A stretch of DNA of 64,000 nucleotides from assembly GCA_000934665.2 (NCBI GenBank), contig KZ538115.1, forward strand, positions 1 through 64,000. Direction: 5' to 3'. Every line of letters starts with the position of its first letter. The stretch's first letter is position 1. Under the pieces are notes generated by a model that was not told the origin of the DNA, ran no database searches, and saw only the letters and a program-made list of their open reading frames with translations. Of the stretch, positions 49,961-64,000 are shown piece by piece. The position numbers were made by a program, and so were the translations under genes. Origin of the DNA: Catajapyx aquilonaris. Lineage: Eukaryota.

Positions 49961-52900
49961 TGACAATATGGCTTATTAGAAAGGTTTGTACAAAATAGCA
50001 ATAATTTAGTATCGACTGTCTTTACCGCGTATGAAAATTTAAAGCTTGTAATTAATTTTTGAACATTGTTATAACTTTCTTTGATGCTGAAACCTCGTGC
50101 TTACGACCTTGACATGGTTTGAACTCCGCGTGTAACTGTGCACTGTACAGTGTACCAACATGCAGTGAAACTCGAAGGTAAAAAAGAGATCTTTCCCCCT
50201 GCTGCTGCTGTGGGGAAAGTTAGAGATCCGGCGCCTATCAAGTCCCAGTCCGGCCATTTCGCAGCCGGAGAATCGCGGTTTTCCTACCCTCTCTCGGAAG
50301 AAAGTGAGTCAGCATTTCTAGAAGACAATCCCAAGCTCTTCCTTTTTCACCCCCTCCTTGTAAGTTAGTGTTCCTTTGCTAATCTTCCGGCGATCATAAC
50401 ATGCAACTCTAACAGGAGGGTTGGGACCAACGTATCTTTTCCTCCTCCGGTTTAATTTTCCCCCCCCCCAACCTTTCGGGAGGAAAAGTTTATTCAAAAC
50501 CCGTGAAATGCGATTATGCGAGTATCCAACCCACTTGGCGATATCCGATGTTATATGTCCCAAACCAGCCAGTTATTTTTTTTCATATCGAAAAAAATTG
50601 GGATTAACTTACATGGCTGAAAAATCCTGCATACATTAGCAATAGTCGTTATGTTTAAATCACATTGTTGATTCGGATAATAGGCAATTTTTTCTGTACA
50701 ATTCAATTGCTTGGAGAAGATCATGTTAATTATGGTGCATGCATTTTTTGGGGCTTTGGTGATTAATTCAGCACTTGCCCCATCAGTAACAGTTACCTCT
50801 GGCTCTAGTGTAATAGGTTGAGAAAGGCACATGCGTTATAAGAGGTTGAATCTGATCACAAAGTAAATAAATTTCCCGGGAGGTTCTAGGGCCCCCTCTT
50901 TTTTTTTCGTGGCTTCCACCCTCTTCCTACCACCCCCCACCCCTATTTTTTTCCCCCCTTGAGGGAGCTCAGCATTAAGCGAAGAGCTTTTAGGAGCGTC
51001 CCTGGAGCATAATCAATGGCCAAAATGGACAGCTTCCGCTCGCTTTCTCGCCGAGGCTACCATTTCTTTCCGCGTCTCCGGAGCTTTCTCTGCTTGGCAC
51101 ATCCTGTGTGCACCAAACTATTGATATATCAATTTTGGACAAGGGCCTGCCTTCGGGCTACTTAGATTTTCCATTTGATCTCTGTTCTCTCCAGGAGCTT
51201 TTCCACCCCTTCCCCTTTCTACCTTTCCCCCTCCCATATAGTTGGATGCAACTTCCTTTCATGTGCTAGTACTGCACGTTTCTAGGGGGTTGGAGACCTG
51301 GGAGGAATCAATCGATCCAGGTTTGTATCTTGCTTGGTTGCTATCTATTACTGTATATTTGGAGCACTACAAAATGAGGATAGGTCGCCTACAGAAAAAA
51401 ATTTTGCAAAATCGTATACGTTTCATCCTTGTAAGATGCAACCCAAATTACACTGTGATATATATTTTTTGTAATGTTGCCAGATCTTTCTCCTTCCCCT
51501 CCAAAAAAAATAATTTCTGAAATCTCTGCGATGGTAACAATGTTAATCACTGTCCCGGAATAGATCTGCCGTCATCACTGTGTGACCCTACGTCAGCGGA
51601 ATAGTTTCTCGCAGCGAGGGGTTTTCCCCAGGCCAAAGTCATTGGCCGGAATTGACGCTGATAAAATCAGCCTGCAGACAGTGAGGAATTGGGGGTTGAG
51701 TCTATACGGAATAACGCTTTGAATGCGCTTCGCCTTCTCTCTCTCTCTAATTAATCTTAGCAGGCCTCCCCCCGTATATACACACGATGAATGTCTTCTC
51801 TCTCTGTACAAAACATGAGCGTCCGGAGCATGTGTGCCTGTCTCCGTGTTAGCATATTTTGAGGGAGGAAGGGGTCGGAAACTTGCTCACCGCAGCCCTT
51901 CATTACTGAGGATCCTCTCGGTAACCCCCAACGTTTCCTTTTGTCCGGCTTTCGGAGCATGTGCACGACATTTTACCCCACCCGACGTTGTAACATTTCG
52001 CGCGGAATTAGTTTTCCCGCCGGTCCTGGGCCTTTCCAGAGTTCTAATCTCGTCGCGGCAGCGGTTGTAATTTGTAAACTGCAATGACGACGACGAGGGG
52101 GGTTGGGGGTTGGGGGGGGGAAAGGGTTTTAGACTCCATTCGCCGTCAAATTAAAGGATCGAGTTGCCAAGTCTTCGACACCCAGGTCCAATTTCAGGAT
52201 GGTCGGACGGGGGTAAAAAGAGGGTGTGGGGGGAGGACTAAAAGACGCGGTTCTATAAATCGCATGGACTCTATTACTTTTCTCGGAGTCGCGGTGGCGT
52301 GCCGCGGGGGAGAGGCAGCCCAGGAGTTGGGGAGAGGCGGGGACGATCCTCCCCACATTTATTGGCAGACGAGGGGGTTGATATACACATTTTAAGGCAA
52401 AGAAACAGTCTGGGTATCGGTTGGAATTTTTTTCTTGTTGGAAACTGCAACTGTCTGACTTAATAGACTCTAAATAGTCGATTGTTCGTAATTTTCTTTA
52501 CAAGGTTGAGTAATTTGCTGATGAGTCTGCATTGTTACATAAAAAAATCAATTCCCAGTGTGTTAAGCTATCAAGGATTATTAATGTGTAAGAGGTAGTG
52601 TACACAGATGAGAGTCAAGCTAGGCTTGTTTTATTTAGCACACAGAGGCAGCTTGTGTATCCAAACAAAGTTTACGTGCCTTATATTGATGAACATGGGG
52701 GTCTCCTCCTGAATAGACCTCTAGCTGAGGCGTCATTTGACACGTTTATTGCAGATTTCTGACGGCTCAAACGCCACGTGCCCATCCATAATTTTCAGGC
52801 TGATTTTCCCATCTTGATAGTGCAATATTTAACCGAAAATTTCCAGCCGTCTGGTCGTGTGGAATAATTAATTGCATTTAACCGTTATTTAGTGTGTAGG

Positions 52901-55900
52901 TGCACCACAAAACATCTGCTTATAATGCGCAATTGCTTATTTCAAGCTTCCGTAGCCAGGACCTCAATATTATTATATTAGACAATCCACATTTTTGGGC
53001 AAATTTTTGGGGGGTGGCCAAACCCTCTCTTGGGGTCTAATCACACCCAATTGTCGCTTTACTCCAACCATTGTATGTTCCCCCAGCGCAAAACGTGTCA
53101 ACCCATACCGGCCTGTAAGAGCCGCGGTGTCCTGAACAAACAAAACCGTCACCAGGGAACAGCCTGAAGAGCTCTTCATCCCAGTGTAAAACACGTTCCA
53201 ACTTATCCTCTCTCTCTCTAGCTCTCTCTCCAAGGGACCCCGTTAAAAAAATTCCTGGATACGCCACTCCCAAGCTGTAATTGATGCCCATGTAACACTC
53301 TCTTGACTCGTCCTCTTTTCTTTTTTTCTTTTGCAGTCCCCTTGAAATATTTATAACCCCCCCGTATGCTTTATTCTGCATGTAGACGTCTGCGCATGTG
53401 TTACGGGATCCGACAGCACTTATTCCGGGCCACTAGTCCCCTTAGGAATCCCTCCGGATACAAGTGGAATGCATGCACATTTCATCGCCTTGACGAGTAA
53501 CCCTCTCTGACTGGCTGACAAACTACGGGAGGGAAAAAACCGGGTTCTATAAAAAAAAACTGGTGGCAGCACTTTTTTTGTGTGTGTAGTGTCTCCGGCT
53601 GCTCTCTATTTTATCCGGATGGTGGTGGAAAACGAACGATCAAGGGCTTGATAGTGTGGGCCATCCGACAGTCCGAATTAGAAGCTGAAAGCGGATCCGG
53701 AATCAGATTTGCACTGTAATTATAGTTGCGGTGTGGCAGAGCGCTGCTTGATTCATTTCTGCCACAAATAGGATTTATGTAGATCAAATCCATGTTACGG
53801 CACTTTGGAGGCGTCCTTAACTTTCCAGAGGAGAGGGTGAGAATTGGGTTATAATTTGGGCATCAGCAGTAAAGGAATGGCATCAGATTTTTAAAATAAT
53901 TTTTTGTTAAAAAATGTGCTAATGAGTATCCAGATCAACAGAGTTAGTTGGATTTTTAGAACGAGTTGTAAGCACCCGGATTAAAAAAAGGATTCGATTG
54001 GACAGTGTCCGTGGGTTATTTTGTACTTGGCAAGTGACCACTTCAAACCATTGGTCAGTGGCTGCAGCCAGTACCAGTTACAGACCTTTAAAGGGAAGCA
54101 TCAGTCACTGTTAGCTATTTTGCAGAGAAATTTTAATACACAGCGTCTGAGTTGAGATTGGCTGAAAGTTGAAAACATAAAGCATGGCAGAGCGTGTGAT
54201 ATTTCAAAAAGGTATAAGCTACTTTCAGGCCCAATTCGTCGCCAGGGCGCAGTTTAATACGAGAAATGTGCTCCCGAGGAAACTATACATCACAAAAACT
54301 GCGATGGAGTATACCTACTGTTTAAAATTTTTATGGAGATAGGTCTGCGTGATCCATTGCAAGCCGTTAATTGAATAAAAAGAAACCTGCAGGCAAATTA
54401 TGAGGTTTTTTTCCGGACGTTAAAACATGCATAATGAGGTAATGTGAATCCAGTGAGGTTTTTTAATGTGTGCACTTTTTCCGGCCCAAAAATATTATAT
54501 GCATATACACATTGTTTTTACTCCAGTATCGAATGTGAGCCACACTTCCGTTCTGTATACTGTAACATTGTTGCTTTCAATGTTCTGCTGCTACTATTGA
54601 AGAGTGGACCAAAATAGCAGCCGGAACTTGCGCAGTCTTAGGACGATTTAACAGCTTCCAAGGAACAAATATTTGCATCCAGCAAAGATTACACTTTGCC
54701 CAAGTTACATATTTTTTGCTCTCCCTCCCAACATGCGTGCTAAATCGAGGATAAAACCAGGGTTACCACGAGACGCAAACATGGGAGGTTTGTTTGCAAG
54801 GGCTTAGGACTAGGCCTAGATTTTGTGCGTAGCTTTGGCAACGCTGCGGACGTGCCCTCCAGCGCGCGGTGCGGTGGTCTGAGTCAACAGTAGAGGGCGA
54901 GTGGCCGTCGGATGGCAAGTGTTGACTCTCTTTGTTTGGAGAAGGTCCGTTGTAAGCAGGGCTGGATCGTTTTCCAGTGGTGGCGACAGTGGCAGGGGCT
55001 AGGGGAAAAGGAAAACCCCCCTCCCTTCTCGCCCATGCAACTCACGCTGTGCTAACACAGATTGCTCTACCCCCAGTTTCGAAGTGAAAGGTCCAACCCC
55101 CCCTCTCGATAAACACGGAGGACAACGATGACAAGATCATTTCGGCGCCTAGGATCCCGAAGACAGGCGGCAAACACCCCGCATTGGATTTCCTCCCAGA
55201 ACCCGCAAAAGCTGTTATCTGTCGCTTCTAAGGACCGCTTCACTTGGAAATCTGGAACAATTTGCTCAACTGAAAGGGAAAAGTCTTTTCTCCTCTTTCC
55301 CCCTCCCCCCTACCCCAGCAAGCTTTCCTCCACCCCTCAGGAGGAAGATTAACCCAATTATTTAGGGAGGAAGGGGGGAGTGTTTGGAGCCGGATCCGGG
55401 CGATTTATCCACCTGACTCCGTCTTAAGGAAGCCGCCGTTTCTTGGGGAATTGGGCTAATTGAGATGGTGATAGTTCGCTTGGAAAAAAAGGGCAAGGGT
55501 GGGGGGGGGGGGCAAAAAAAACGACGATATTTGAATGTACTAGTAGCAAGATTGACATTTAACGATACTAATTTTTGAACAAATCAAAAACTATTTGCAC
55601 AAACTTTGAAAACAGTTTTGTTTTTCCTACCTCCCGGTTTAATTAGGATACAAAGTATGGCGGCTTATTTTTTTCCCCCTCCATCCATTCTTGGCAGCGC
55701 ATAAATAATAATCTGCAATAAACTAAAACCTCGTGCAAGTAAAGCGGCTCCAGGGTGTTGTCTGAAATCCCTCTGCTTTTATAATGGAAGATGAGTGCCT
55801 GTCGCCGTGAGGTTCGAATCAGGAACTTTTGGGTTAATAAGGCCCGTCGAGAGAAGAAAATGGTTCAGAGAAGCGTTATGGACAGTTGGCATAAAATCCC

Positions 55901-57147
55901 TTGGAGCTAAATGTTATTTGGTGACCTCTGACGAGGGGAAAGTCTGCCTGATTGTTTGCGGTGTTTGTCTCCTCCAGGCGGTTGCTAAAAAGTTTGAGGA
56001 TTCCAGAGAACCATATAGAAAAACAACAAGAACGGTCTCTGCTAATTTGCGTAAAATGTGTTTTCAAATACATTGAACAATAATTGTAATCCGTATGTCC
56101 AAAAAAGGAAGAGGGATAATTGACTTCTTTCCTGGGGTCTTGCAATAGTAAACATCCCATTTCAATAATTCGAAGGGAATTCGTGCCACAAGCTACATAA
56201 GTAATAAGTTCTTCGATCCGATAAGGCGATGTGGACAGGATGTTATCGGAATCCTGTAATCAGTGTGGAACCTACTAATTGAACTTGCTTTACCTTCAAT
56301 TAGAGCAAAGCTTGTGAACAGGCGTTGTATACACCTCCTATAAAATAATACTTTTCTTACTATAGCTATGGCCTTTACACAACACACAGTGATCAAGTTT
56401 TTTTTTTAATATTTTATTTTCTCGTGGAAAACAGGGAGATAAAACCGCTGAAACTTTCCTAAAAAGTTTTGTTGACTTTTGAACAACATAAGAGTGTCTT
56501 TCTAGCTTTGGTTTGTTAAAGTTTTTAGAGTTGGAAGAAATTATTCATAGAGCCTAGACGAACTACTGTATTTGAAATATCAACACAAATTTTTTGCACT
56601 GTACTTTTAAATACATGTGTGCAAAAGTTAGTTCACGAAAGGCAGTCTGAAACTCCCGTCATATTTTCCTTTACGAAGGAAGGTCCCCTTGAGTTATTCT
56701 TGAAATGCATACCAGGATGGTGAGTCATCCCACACAATTCTAGTTGAAGTGGCCTTATAACCCGTCATAACCACAAACAATCCGGTTATGAATTTGGTCT
56801 AATATTTATCATATTCGCAATTGACTATAAAAACATAATTTTAAAAATGACGGGGTTACAGATATGCATTAACGAGTTTTGAAAAAAAAGGTATGCATTA
56901 GAGGCATATTCTGAGATCAAACTCGTCTACATAATTTTGGCTGCGAGGCTCAATGACTGTGTGCAAGGCCGGGCTCATTAAATTTAGATTCTGTTAGCCT
57001 GTCAGTATAGGGAATATCCTGCAGGCATGTATCCAGTCAATCAATGCAGCCATACAGAGATTCCATATGCAGGCCAATGATAGCATAATCAAAAGTTCAT
57101 AAAAATTCACGCCGTAAGTACCATATGCTAGAACTACAGTAGAAAAA

Positions 57148-57295
57148 CTAGGCCTGATAGTTCTCCCTTCCATCCACCAGAGGCGCTTCCTCCACCCCAT
57201 TGCGCATGCGTAGAACGCGGACCAATCGGAAGCGGTGCGGTAACAACAATAACCAATCAGAGGGCGTAACCAACGAAGGATTTTAATATTATAGA
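57148..57295 (-). mobile_element. Helitron-like family A, short copy
   Basis: Identical 5' end a|tctataatattaaaatc to the 49638 copy, with shared ccgattggtcc and ttctacgcatgcgca blocks. Possible CTAG|t end at 57151-57148. Confidence 0.65.
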
Positions 57296-60200
57296 TAGGC
57301 CAAGGAAGTCATGTCACATCTCTATTAATGCTGACCCCAGTTCTCAATAAGTACTGTGTATCGATGGTCAACCACCACATACAAATCCGTGCAGGAATCG
57401 GTGACCTCCTGCAAACACATCTCCCCCTTTTTGTATAGTTCCGTGACACATTATAAAGGGTTGCATGGGATGGATAGGAAAGGAAAATTACAACTCATCG
57501 TAGGGCGGGAGACGTTTTCCTCGAACTTTACATGCATCGGAGCAGACTTGGACGTGTAAAGGGAGGGCGGGGTTGGCGTGTTGCCCTGATCTGGCAACCC
57601 CGCACGAATTCCCAGTCACACGGAGGAATTATTAAAGAAATGAGCGGCTTCTTATCTTGCCCCCCCCCTCTATACATATTCCTTATATTCGACCCGTGTT
57701 AATCGTAGGGGGAAGACCTTTCCATCTTCGTACTGTTTAAACCCCTGCGACTTTTTTTTTCATTATTCAGGTCCTATAGGGGGGGTACATGAAGCCCAAT
57801 TACCTCTCCGTCGGAGGTAATGATTAATTGAACTGGGCCTACGTCTCTGTGAAATGCGCTTTCTCACCGTGTCTACTTCCAGACGCCATGTAATATCCAT
57901 TCCATGATTGACTTAACATGCTTACCTCCAGAAGAATAAAAAAAAGGAAGAAAGAAGGAAAAAAAGTCGATATTTTTAAACAGGACGTGAGGATCGATGA
58001 AGGAAAATTGCCCTCGTAGCACGGGAGAAGTTTTCTTTTTCAAAACCCATGCCAGACAATTCGTGTTCGTTGCAAAGATTTTTTTCCCCCCGTCGAACTA
58101 ACATATTAAGGGTCTTTACTATAGGACGGGCCAAGTATCAACATTTTCTGAGCCCATCACTAATGTTAACAGCCAACAGGAGGATAAATTTACAAAGAAG
58201 ATGTGCTCGTGTATAGCTTCTTCTGTTTGAAATTGTTCCCTTCAAACAATTCTCCTAGAGCGCAATATACGTCCTTTTTGCATCGGGGAAGCATTGTTGA
58301 TATATGAGGTGTTTGATGTAATATCACAATGGTTTGTACCTTTAATTTCACACGAGAGAGACGATGTTTACCCTCCACCGTCCAGCAAGCAACTGTGGAG
58401 TCCATACATGGAATCGGGGCACAGCAGGCTATAAAAAATAACTGCTATCAGGCGCAATAACAGTTATTAAATAACGACCAACGAATTTGGATCTGCGGAT
58501 TCCTTTTTCACTCGATTTCACTGCACTCGACCCCTACTCTATCAAAACCCGTCGCCTTCTTGCCCTTTTTAACCTCCTCCGTACCAAGTCACCGCCTTTT
58601 GAAATATACCGTCTTGGCCATAAATCGCCTCCGAAAAAATGGTATAAATGAGTGGGCGATCAGCGTCAGCGGTGCATCCTATACCCAACCCTCTCCCCCC
58701 ATATATATTTTTTTCTCCTTCTGATGATTCCCAACCTTCCTTCCCCCCCCCCCCCCCNNNNNNNNCCTTCCCCCCCCCCCCCCTTTTCTTCCACCTTATC
58801 CTGCTGGAATGGGAGGGAATAGATGTGGATATCGATCAGAAGAAGCTGGCTCCTCTTCGTTTTCTCCGTCAACAAGGGCTCTGGGATTAGGAGTGTTCCT
58901 GTGGGATTGGGCACGGAGCAGACCAGCACTGGCTGGCACGCTTTTGCTGGAATATCCCAGCAGAATTTCAGGGGGAGGTTGGGAAGGAGGGGGGGAGGGG
59001 GGCAAACGATTTCCGACCCCACCATCTTTTTCATTGCCCATAAACGTCTTATTTAATCTGGCAGCGCGCACCGGTCTCCTAATCCTCAACCCCCCCACCC
59101 AACCCAAAGGCATTAGAATGCGGCTGCCTCTAATAGGAACTGACTCTGATAAACCATTCGCTACTCAGCACAGGCCCGTTCTGGAACCGGCCCACTATGT
59201 AGTACATTTTCTGGCGTGAAAGCCACCCACGTCGGAAAAATTCCAAGGGACTAGTTGCATTGATGACATATCTTCCGCTCTGTGTAAATGACCTCTTGGA
59301 GCAGACTGTTGTGACTTTTTTTCTCTTCAAGTTAGAATGTTGGGGACTGGTCTACTACTGCTGTAGAAGTGTGCCAGACTATTTTGGCAGTTGTCCCTCG
59401 GATGCGATCCCTGAGGGCGGTCGCGGCGGTTCTGTGGTGGTGACACTAGGGTGCAGATTGTATGGCCTACGGGTTGGCTGAATGTGACAGTTATCATGCC
59501 CGCATGCTGTTCTTACCGGTTCTTGTTTTAACTTTGCAGAGAGGAAAAAAAACTATGATATGCTGGGAAAGTTCCATAATTATTGGGTTCATAGAGAGTA
59601 CTATTTGGGTCATAAAGTTGCAGGCGACTGATAGCTTTTATTTCAGAAACTATATAGGATGCACCTATGCCAAATGAGTACGCTGATCACCTTGGCTTGC
59701 TTGGGACATCACAAATGACTTTTGGGCATTGGTGCAGACTTTGATAGATTGCCTAGCATTACAGGTCTTTAGGTCCTAACCTTTTTACAAATACGAGTAT
59801 AAAAACCAACTGAACTCTTCGCACTTTTCTGGACTAAATTAGTTACATATTGACTACTGTTTCTGTTGTTTTTTTTAAAGGAAGGTGAACTCAAGGTTGC
59901 TGAGATGCATGTTTCAGATAATATGCTTTTGCCGCAGGAGTTTGCATCAAGAGGTTCTGGCGACTGCCGCCTCGTTTAAACATTTACAGGGGTTTAATAC
60001 CTCTAACGCTTCCCGCCTGGATAAATTATTTGCATGCTTCCCAGTCGATCCTATTTATATATCCCTCCTTAAATATGTACATGCTCCTCGTTCTCGCTGT
60101 CTGGATTGCCTTTCTAGCATCACTGCAGTGTTGGGCTGCTTACTATATACTTGAATGCTGTGCTCTAGATATAACAAAAGGGGGTACAGTTGCCATGAAA

Positions 60201-63200
60201 TAATTCTATAGCAGGTTATAGTACTACACATTATTGCATAGTGCTACATCTTGTCTGTAACTGACGCGTATTATTATTCTTCGGCATGCTTTAAATCTCA
60301 ATGTGTAAAGCAGAAAGTTTGTCTGTATGTCCAGGATACCAAACCCACTTTCAGACTACTGATATTACTTGCCACTGATTCAATGAAAAGTCCAAAAGCT
60401 GTAGCCTACTTGTTTATTATGTTTTCCATTCGGAACCTTTTCATAATTATTTGGCGCTATTTGCACACTTATTATGTTTATTAACATTTTGATGTTTTTC
60501 GATCTTATTTCGGAGAGCGTATAGTAACATTTCGGGCGATTAATTTGGCCTGCATGCCCCGGAGGTCCATATCCGCATTTTCATTTAACCGGTTAAGGAC
60601 ACGGGCAGGTAATGGTGTTAATTCCTGTCCTGTCACCCGGGCATGGAAATCAACCGCCATTTAGTTAATGACACTACACGCAATTGTATTTTTTTTAAAC
60701 GAAGCGTTACGGGATTTTATCTGCCCTGGTTGCCTGATGAACGCTGGGCTTAGCTGCGGGCGCGGTATATTATCCAAAGTGATATCGACATTGATTAAAC
60801 TACTATTTGTGTGTAATTACCGTTGATTAGCAAATAGAAAACCGGAGCCGATATATTCTGCACTGAAGTAATGTGTTTTTTGGGGGGGAAATGTGACAAT
60901 GATTTTTTTTTGTCCGGCGAATCATGTGCATGTCTTTTGCGACTCGTAATAATTCAAGCTATGACGTGCCCAACTCAAAATTGCACGTAATTACTCACCT
61001 GTGCCGATTAGAGCTTTGATATATAACCTTCAGTCAGGTTTGATTTATAATCAGATTTTTGTGTCAAAGACATGTTAAAATGCTCCCTAGGGGGTTTATT
61101 TTTAGACCACCTCTTTTGTTTTTAATTACAGCTCCCGGTGATAAGTGCAATTATCAGTCTTTTTGATAGGTCCCCACCCCTTTCTAACTTCCTGATGGGG
61201 CCATTTTTTGGGGACCAACGGGGGCAGTGCCAAGCTCCAAGTCACATCCTTGTCACTGACCAGAAATTAATGGGGTTTGTGGCACCAGAAATCGGGCAGA
61301 AGGTTTACAGAAAACGAAGAAAAATGAACGTACCGAAGATACTGTTCTCCTGTCCTAGAAAGCAGCAGCTACAACAAATCTTATAATCTCGGGGATTTTC
61401 CTTTCTTTGACAAAATACTGTTTCCGACTTCCTCTCTCTTTTTTAACGGTCTCTTTAAATATTTTATTTGGCATCAAGAGCATGGTTTTAATCCACGGGT
61501 TATCGCCCCTTGATTTTCCTTACGTAATTGCGGGGAATCAAAGAGCAGATGCATTTTCTAGTATAAGAAGCAATAATTTAATTAGCCTATAGGATCGAGA
61601 CCCGTGAGAGGTCGCACAAATGTTTGACTTCTGAGGAGACGATTGTGGTAGGTAAGTGCTGCTTTTGGGGTCGATATAGTCAGGAAGAAAAATTTCAGGC
61701 GCTCAGGATTTTAAGACCTGGAATATAGCTTCCAGGCACGAGCTTGCTCTGTATAGTTATAGGCTCGGGTTTTTTTGCTCTCCTGTTGTGCAACAATAGA
61801 GCCAACAATTAAATGCTCGTAATGACTGTCAGGACCTGAGTTCTGTGTTGGAAAACTCACGGGGTTCAATGGATTGCTGACGTTTGTGATATGAAAAACA
61901 AATATTTTTCTCGTCAACTGCCAGGGAATTATCCATTGTAAACACAAATAATGTATGCGCTATCCAAAAATGGAACTGATGACAGGGAAATTCCCTGCCA
62001 ATACAACACTCTTATCGCTGGTGTGATTATTTAGATAATATTTGACAGTATTTTTTGACATGACATAAAGTCATCCTGAACAACAAAAGCAACCTTGTCT
62101 TATCTACAGTCAGGGGTAAAGTCATGTAATATTGATCACACAAGTACAATTTATTGAAACTCTGTGTTTGGTACGAGAGAAATGTATTGCCAATAATTTT
62201 TGGAGCCTTGAAAGCTTCATACCCACCCGCTGGCCCCATCATAACAACCGAGTTGCATTGACAAAGGGTGTTCTAAATTGTGAATGGTAGGAATTTATCG
62301 CTCGCATGATGTTATTCATTGCGAAGCAGAAATTATGACGTTTGCATGTTAGCTCTTTGTGTTGGCACATTTCATTAGCCCTGCGCAAAATTAGAGTATC
62401 ATCAGCCCTAGGGGGGGCTGGATTAGAAGTTTAAATTATTGCACAGACACGTACTGTATACACATTTTATTCGTGTGAACACCTTTGTGATATTTATTGG
62501 CAAAATGAACCGACCTTTTTCCTGTAATTTTATGCACTGTAATAATGAGCAATATTTTGCTTGTTTGACACAGTTTTTTTTCACGCCCATATATACCATT
62601 TTGTACCTGTAATTTCCTGCAAAAAAGAAAGTTGGTCGGACTGGCACAAAAATGCAACACGGACGACTTTATGTCCCACTGTTTGTCTTTCGAATGGGGC
62701 CATTTTGAGTCGGTTCCAAGCCGACCTCGGAAGAGACCATTGCCCTACAGCTAACTCATGAAAGATTACCTTCTTTCAGATAAGGTCGTGTGTGGGTGTG
62801 TGGTCCTAAAAAAGGTGACGGATTTTTTTCTTCTCTCTGTATATATTGCAACCCTACTAAACCGGAGTTTCTGGCAGTCGGCAGCCTTTTCGTACAAGAC
62901 TGAATTTTACGTCTTTTATTTCCACGGATCGCCTCATGGATTGCCGGATTTCACTTTTTTACAACCCAGGTTTTACGGGTAGTGGAACGTGTCTGGTGCC
63001 AGTCTAATCCGGATTTTCTTTCCTCGTATTTTTTTTTTACAACACCACTGCTACCGAACCAGAGTTCTGGACTTAAATAAGAGTCGAACTTCTCGCAAAA
63101 AGAGTGGTGTATGACACGCTTATTAAATATGCAATATATTTGACATTCAGACAGCTATGGCTCCGGGAAACTTCGTAATATGCGCCTAAATTATTTGGAG

Positions 63201-64000
63201 AGAAACGTGAAGGATTCGGAAGATCTTTACTACGCGACGAAGTCGGTGGAGGCGCGTCCGAATGGCAAAGCCACAATAGCGTTTGTTGGCCTGCGGCGCC
63301 ACAAAACGTACAGTACACTGAGTACAGTACAAAACTGTATCAGTACAAATCCAAATTCTGCTTTATCTTCACCATTTTTTTTTTGCAAGCTGTCCAACTG
63401 CAAACTAATTTTTTGGCATAATTTTAACCCCAGGGTTGTCAATGCTTTCCCATCAAGCCTTCGCACCTCTGCGTCCAAACGTAATTTAATGAAAGGTGGG
63501 CTTAACTTCTCATTGATCCCCTGGACTTGCTGTAGCTTCAACTGCGACAAAAACGGTGTATCTCCCGCCATATCACAAAGATTTTTTTTTCTGCCCGTAT
63601 CCTCTACCCCCCTGGCGACTAACGATGCAAAAGGATGACGGAACAAAGTCCCCCGGATCGTGGCCCCCACGTCACCGTTGACCTGTTTATAGTTAATTTT
63701 GGGATCATGCTTTACAAACTCGGGGCATATGAGCCGGAGGATTTACAGTGCAAGTATTAAGCTCGCTTGGGAAGTTGACAGGGAACTGGGGGGTGGATGG
63801 GGGTTCTGTTCAATTAAGCCGGTAGCCCCGGATGTGTAAATAAAGTGCAATCAACCCCCGGATACACTACCTGTTGGTGGCGAGGGGATTATGATTATCC
63901 TGGCATTTTCGGAGGGAGCGCACACCCAAAAAAAGGGGGGGGGGGGGTTAAGACTTGGACCTACAACGGAATTTACAACGACGAGGGACTTGCATGATGT

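Noticed and set aside
1..64000. The several hundred short ORFs (60-190 aa) in the ORF track other than those overlapping sarcoglycan exons
   Set aside because: No recognisable domains. They overlap in several frames, are dominated by homopolymer-derived P/G/F/K runs, and many use non-ATG starts, as expected for eukaryotic non-coding DNA.

Overview
Eukaryotic (invertebrate, probably arthropod) draft-genome window. It holds one clearly supported protein-coding gene, a gamma/delta/zeta-type sarcoglycan (Scgdelta orthologue) on the minus strand. I reconstructed six coding exons, join(complement 40818..41081, 26046..26235, 25853..25972, 25111..25183, 24859..24982, 18308..18487), totalling 951 nt or 316 aa. 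All introns are GT-AG and phases are consistent. The ORF track misses three of these exons in their coding frame. The rest of the window is intronic or intergenic and has no other convincing coding sequence. It carries many short non-autonomous elements (Helitron-like, Tc1/mariner-type, CACTG-type and other MITE-like elements), a compound minisatellite, an (AG)28 microsatellite, and G/C homopolymers that coincide with every assembly N. The most notable non-coding signal is a series of perfect or near-perfect long palindromes. One of them (31832-32051) can be traced, by comparison with sibling repeat copies, to a fold-back inverted duplication seeded at a short CACCTAGGTG palindrome. I found no evidence for a novel protein-based system. 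Repeat family assignments rest on terminal signatures and by-eye alignment, not on database searches.
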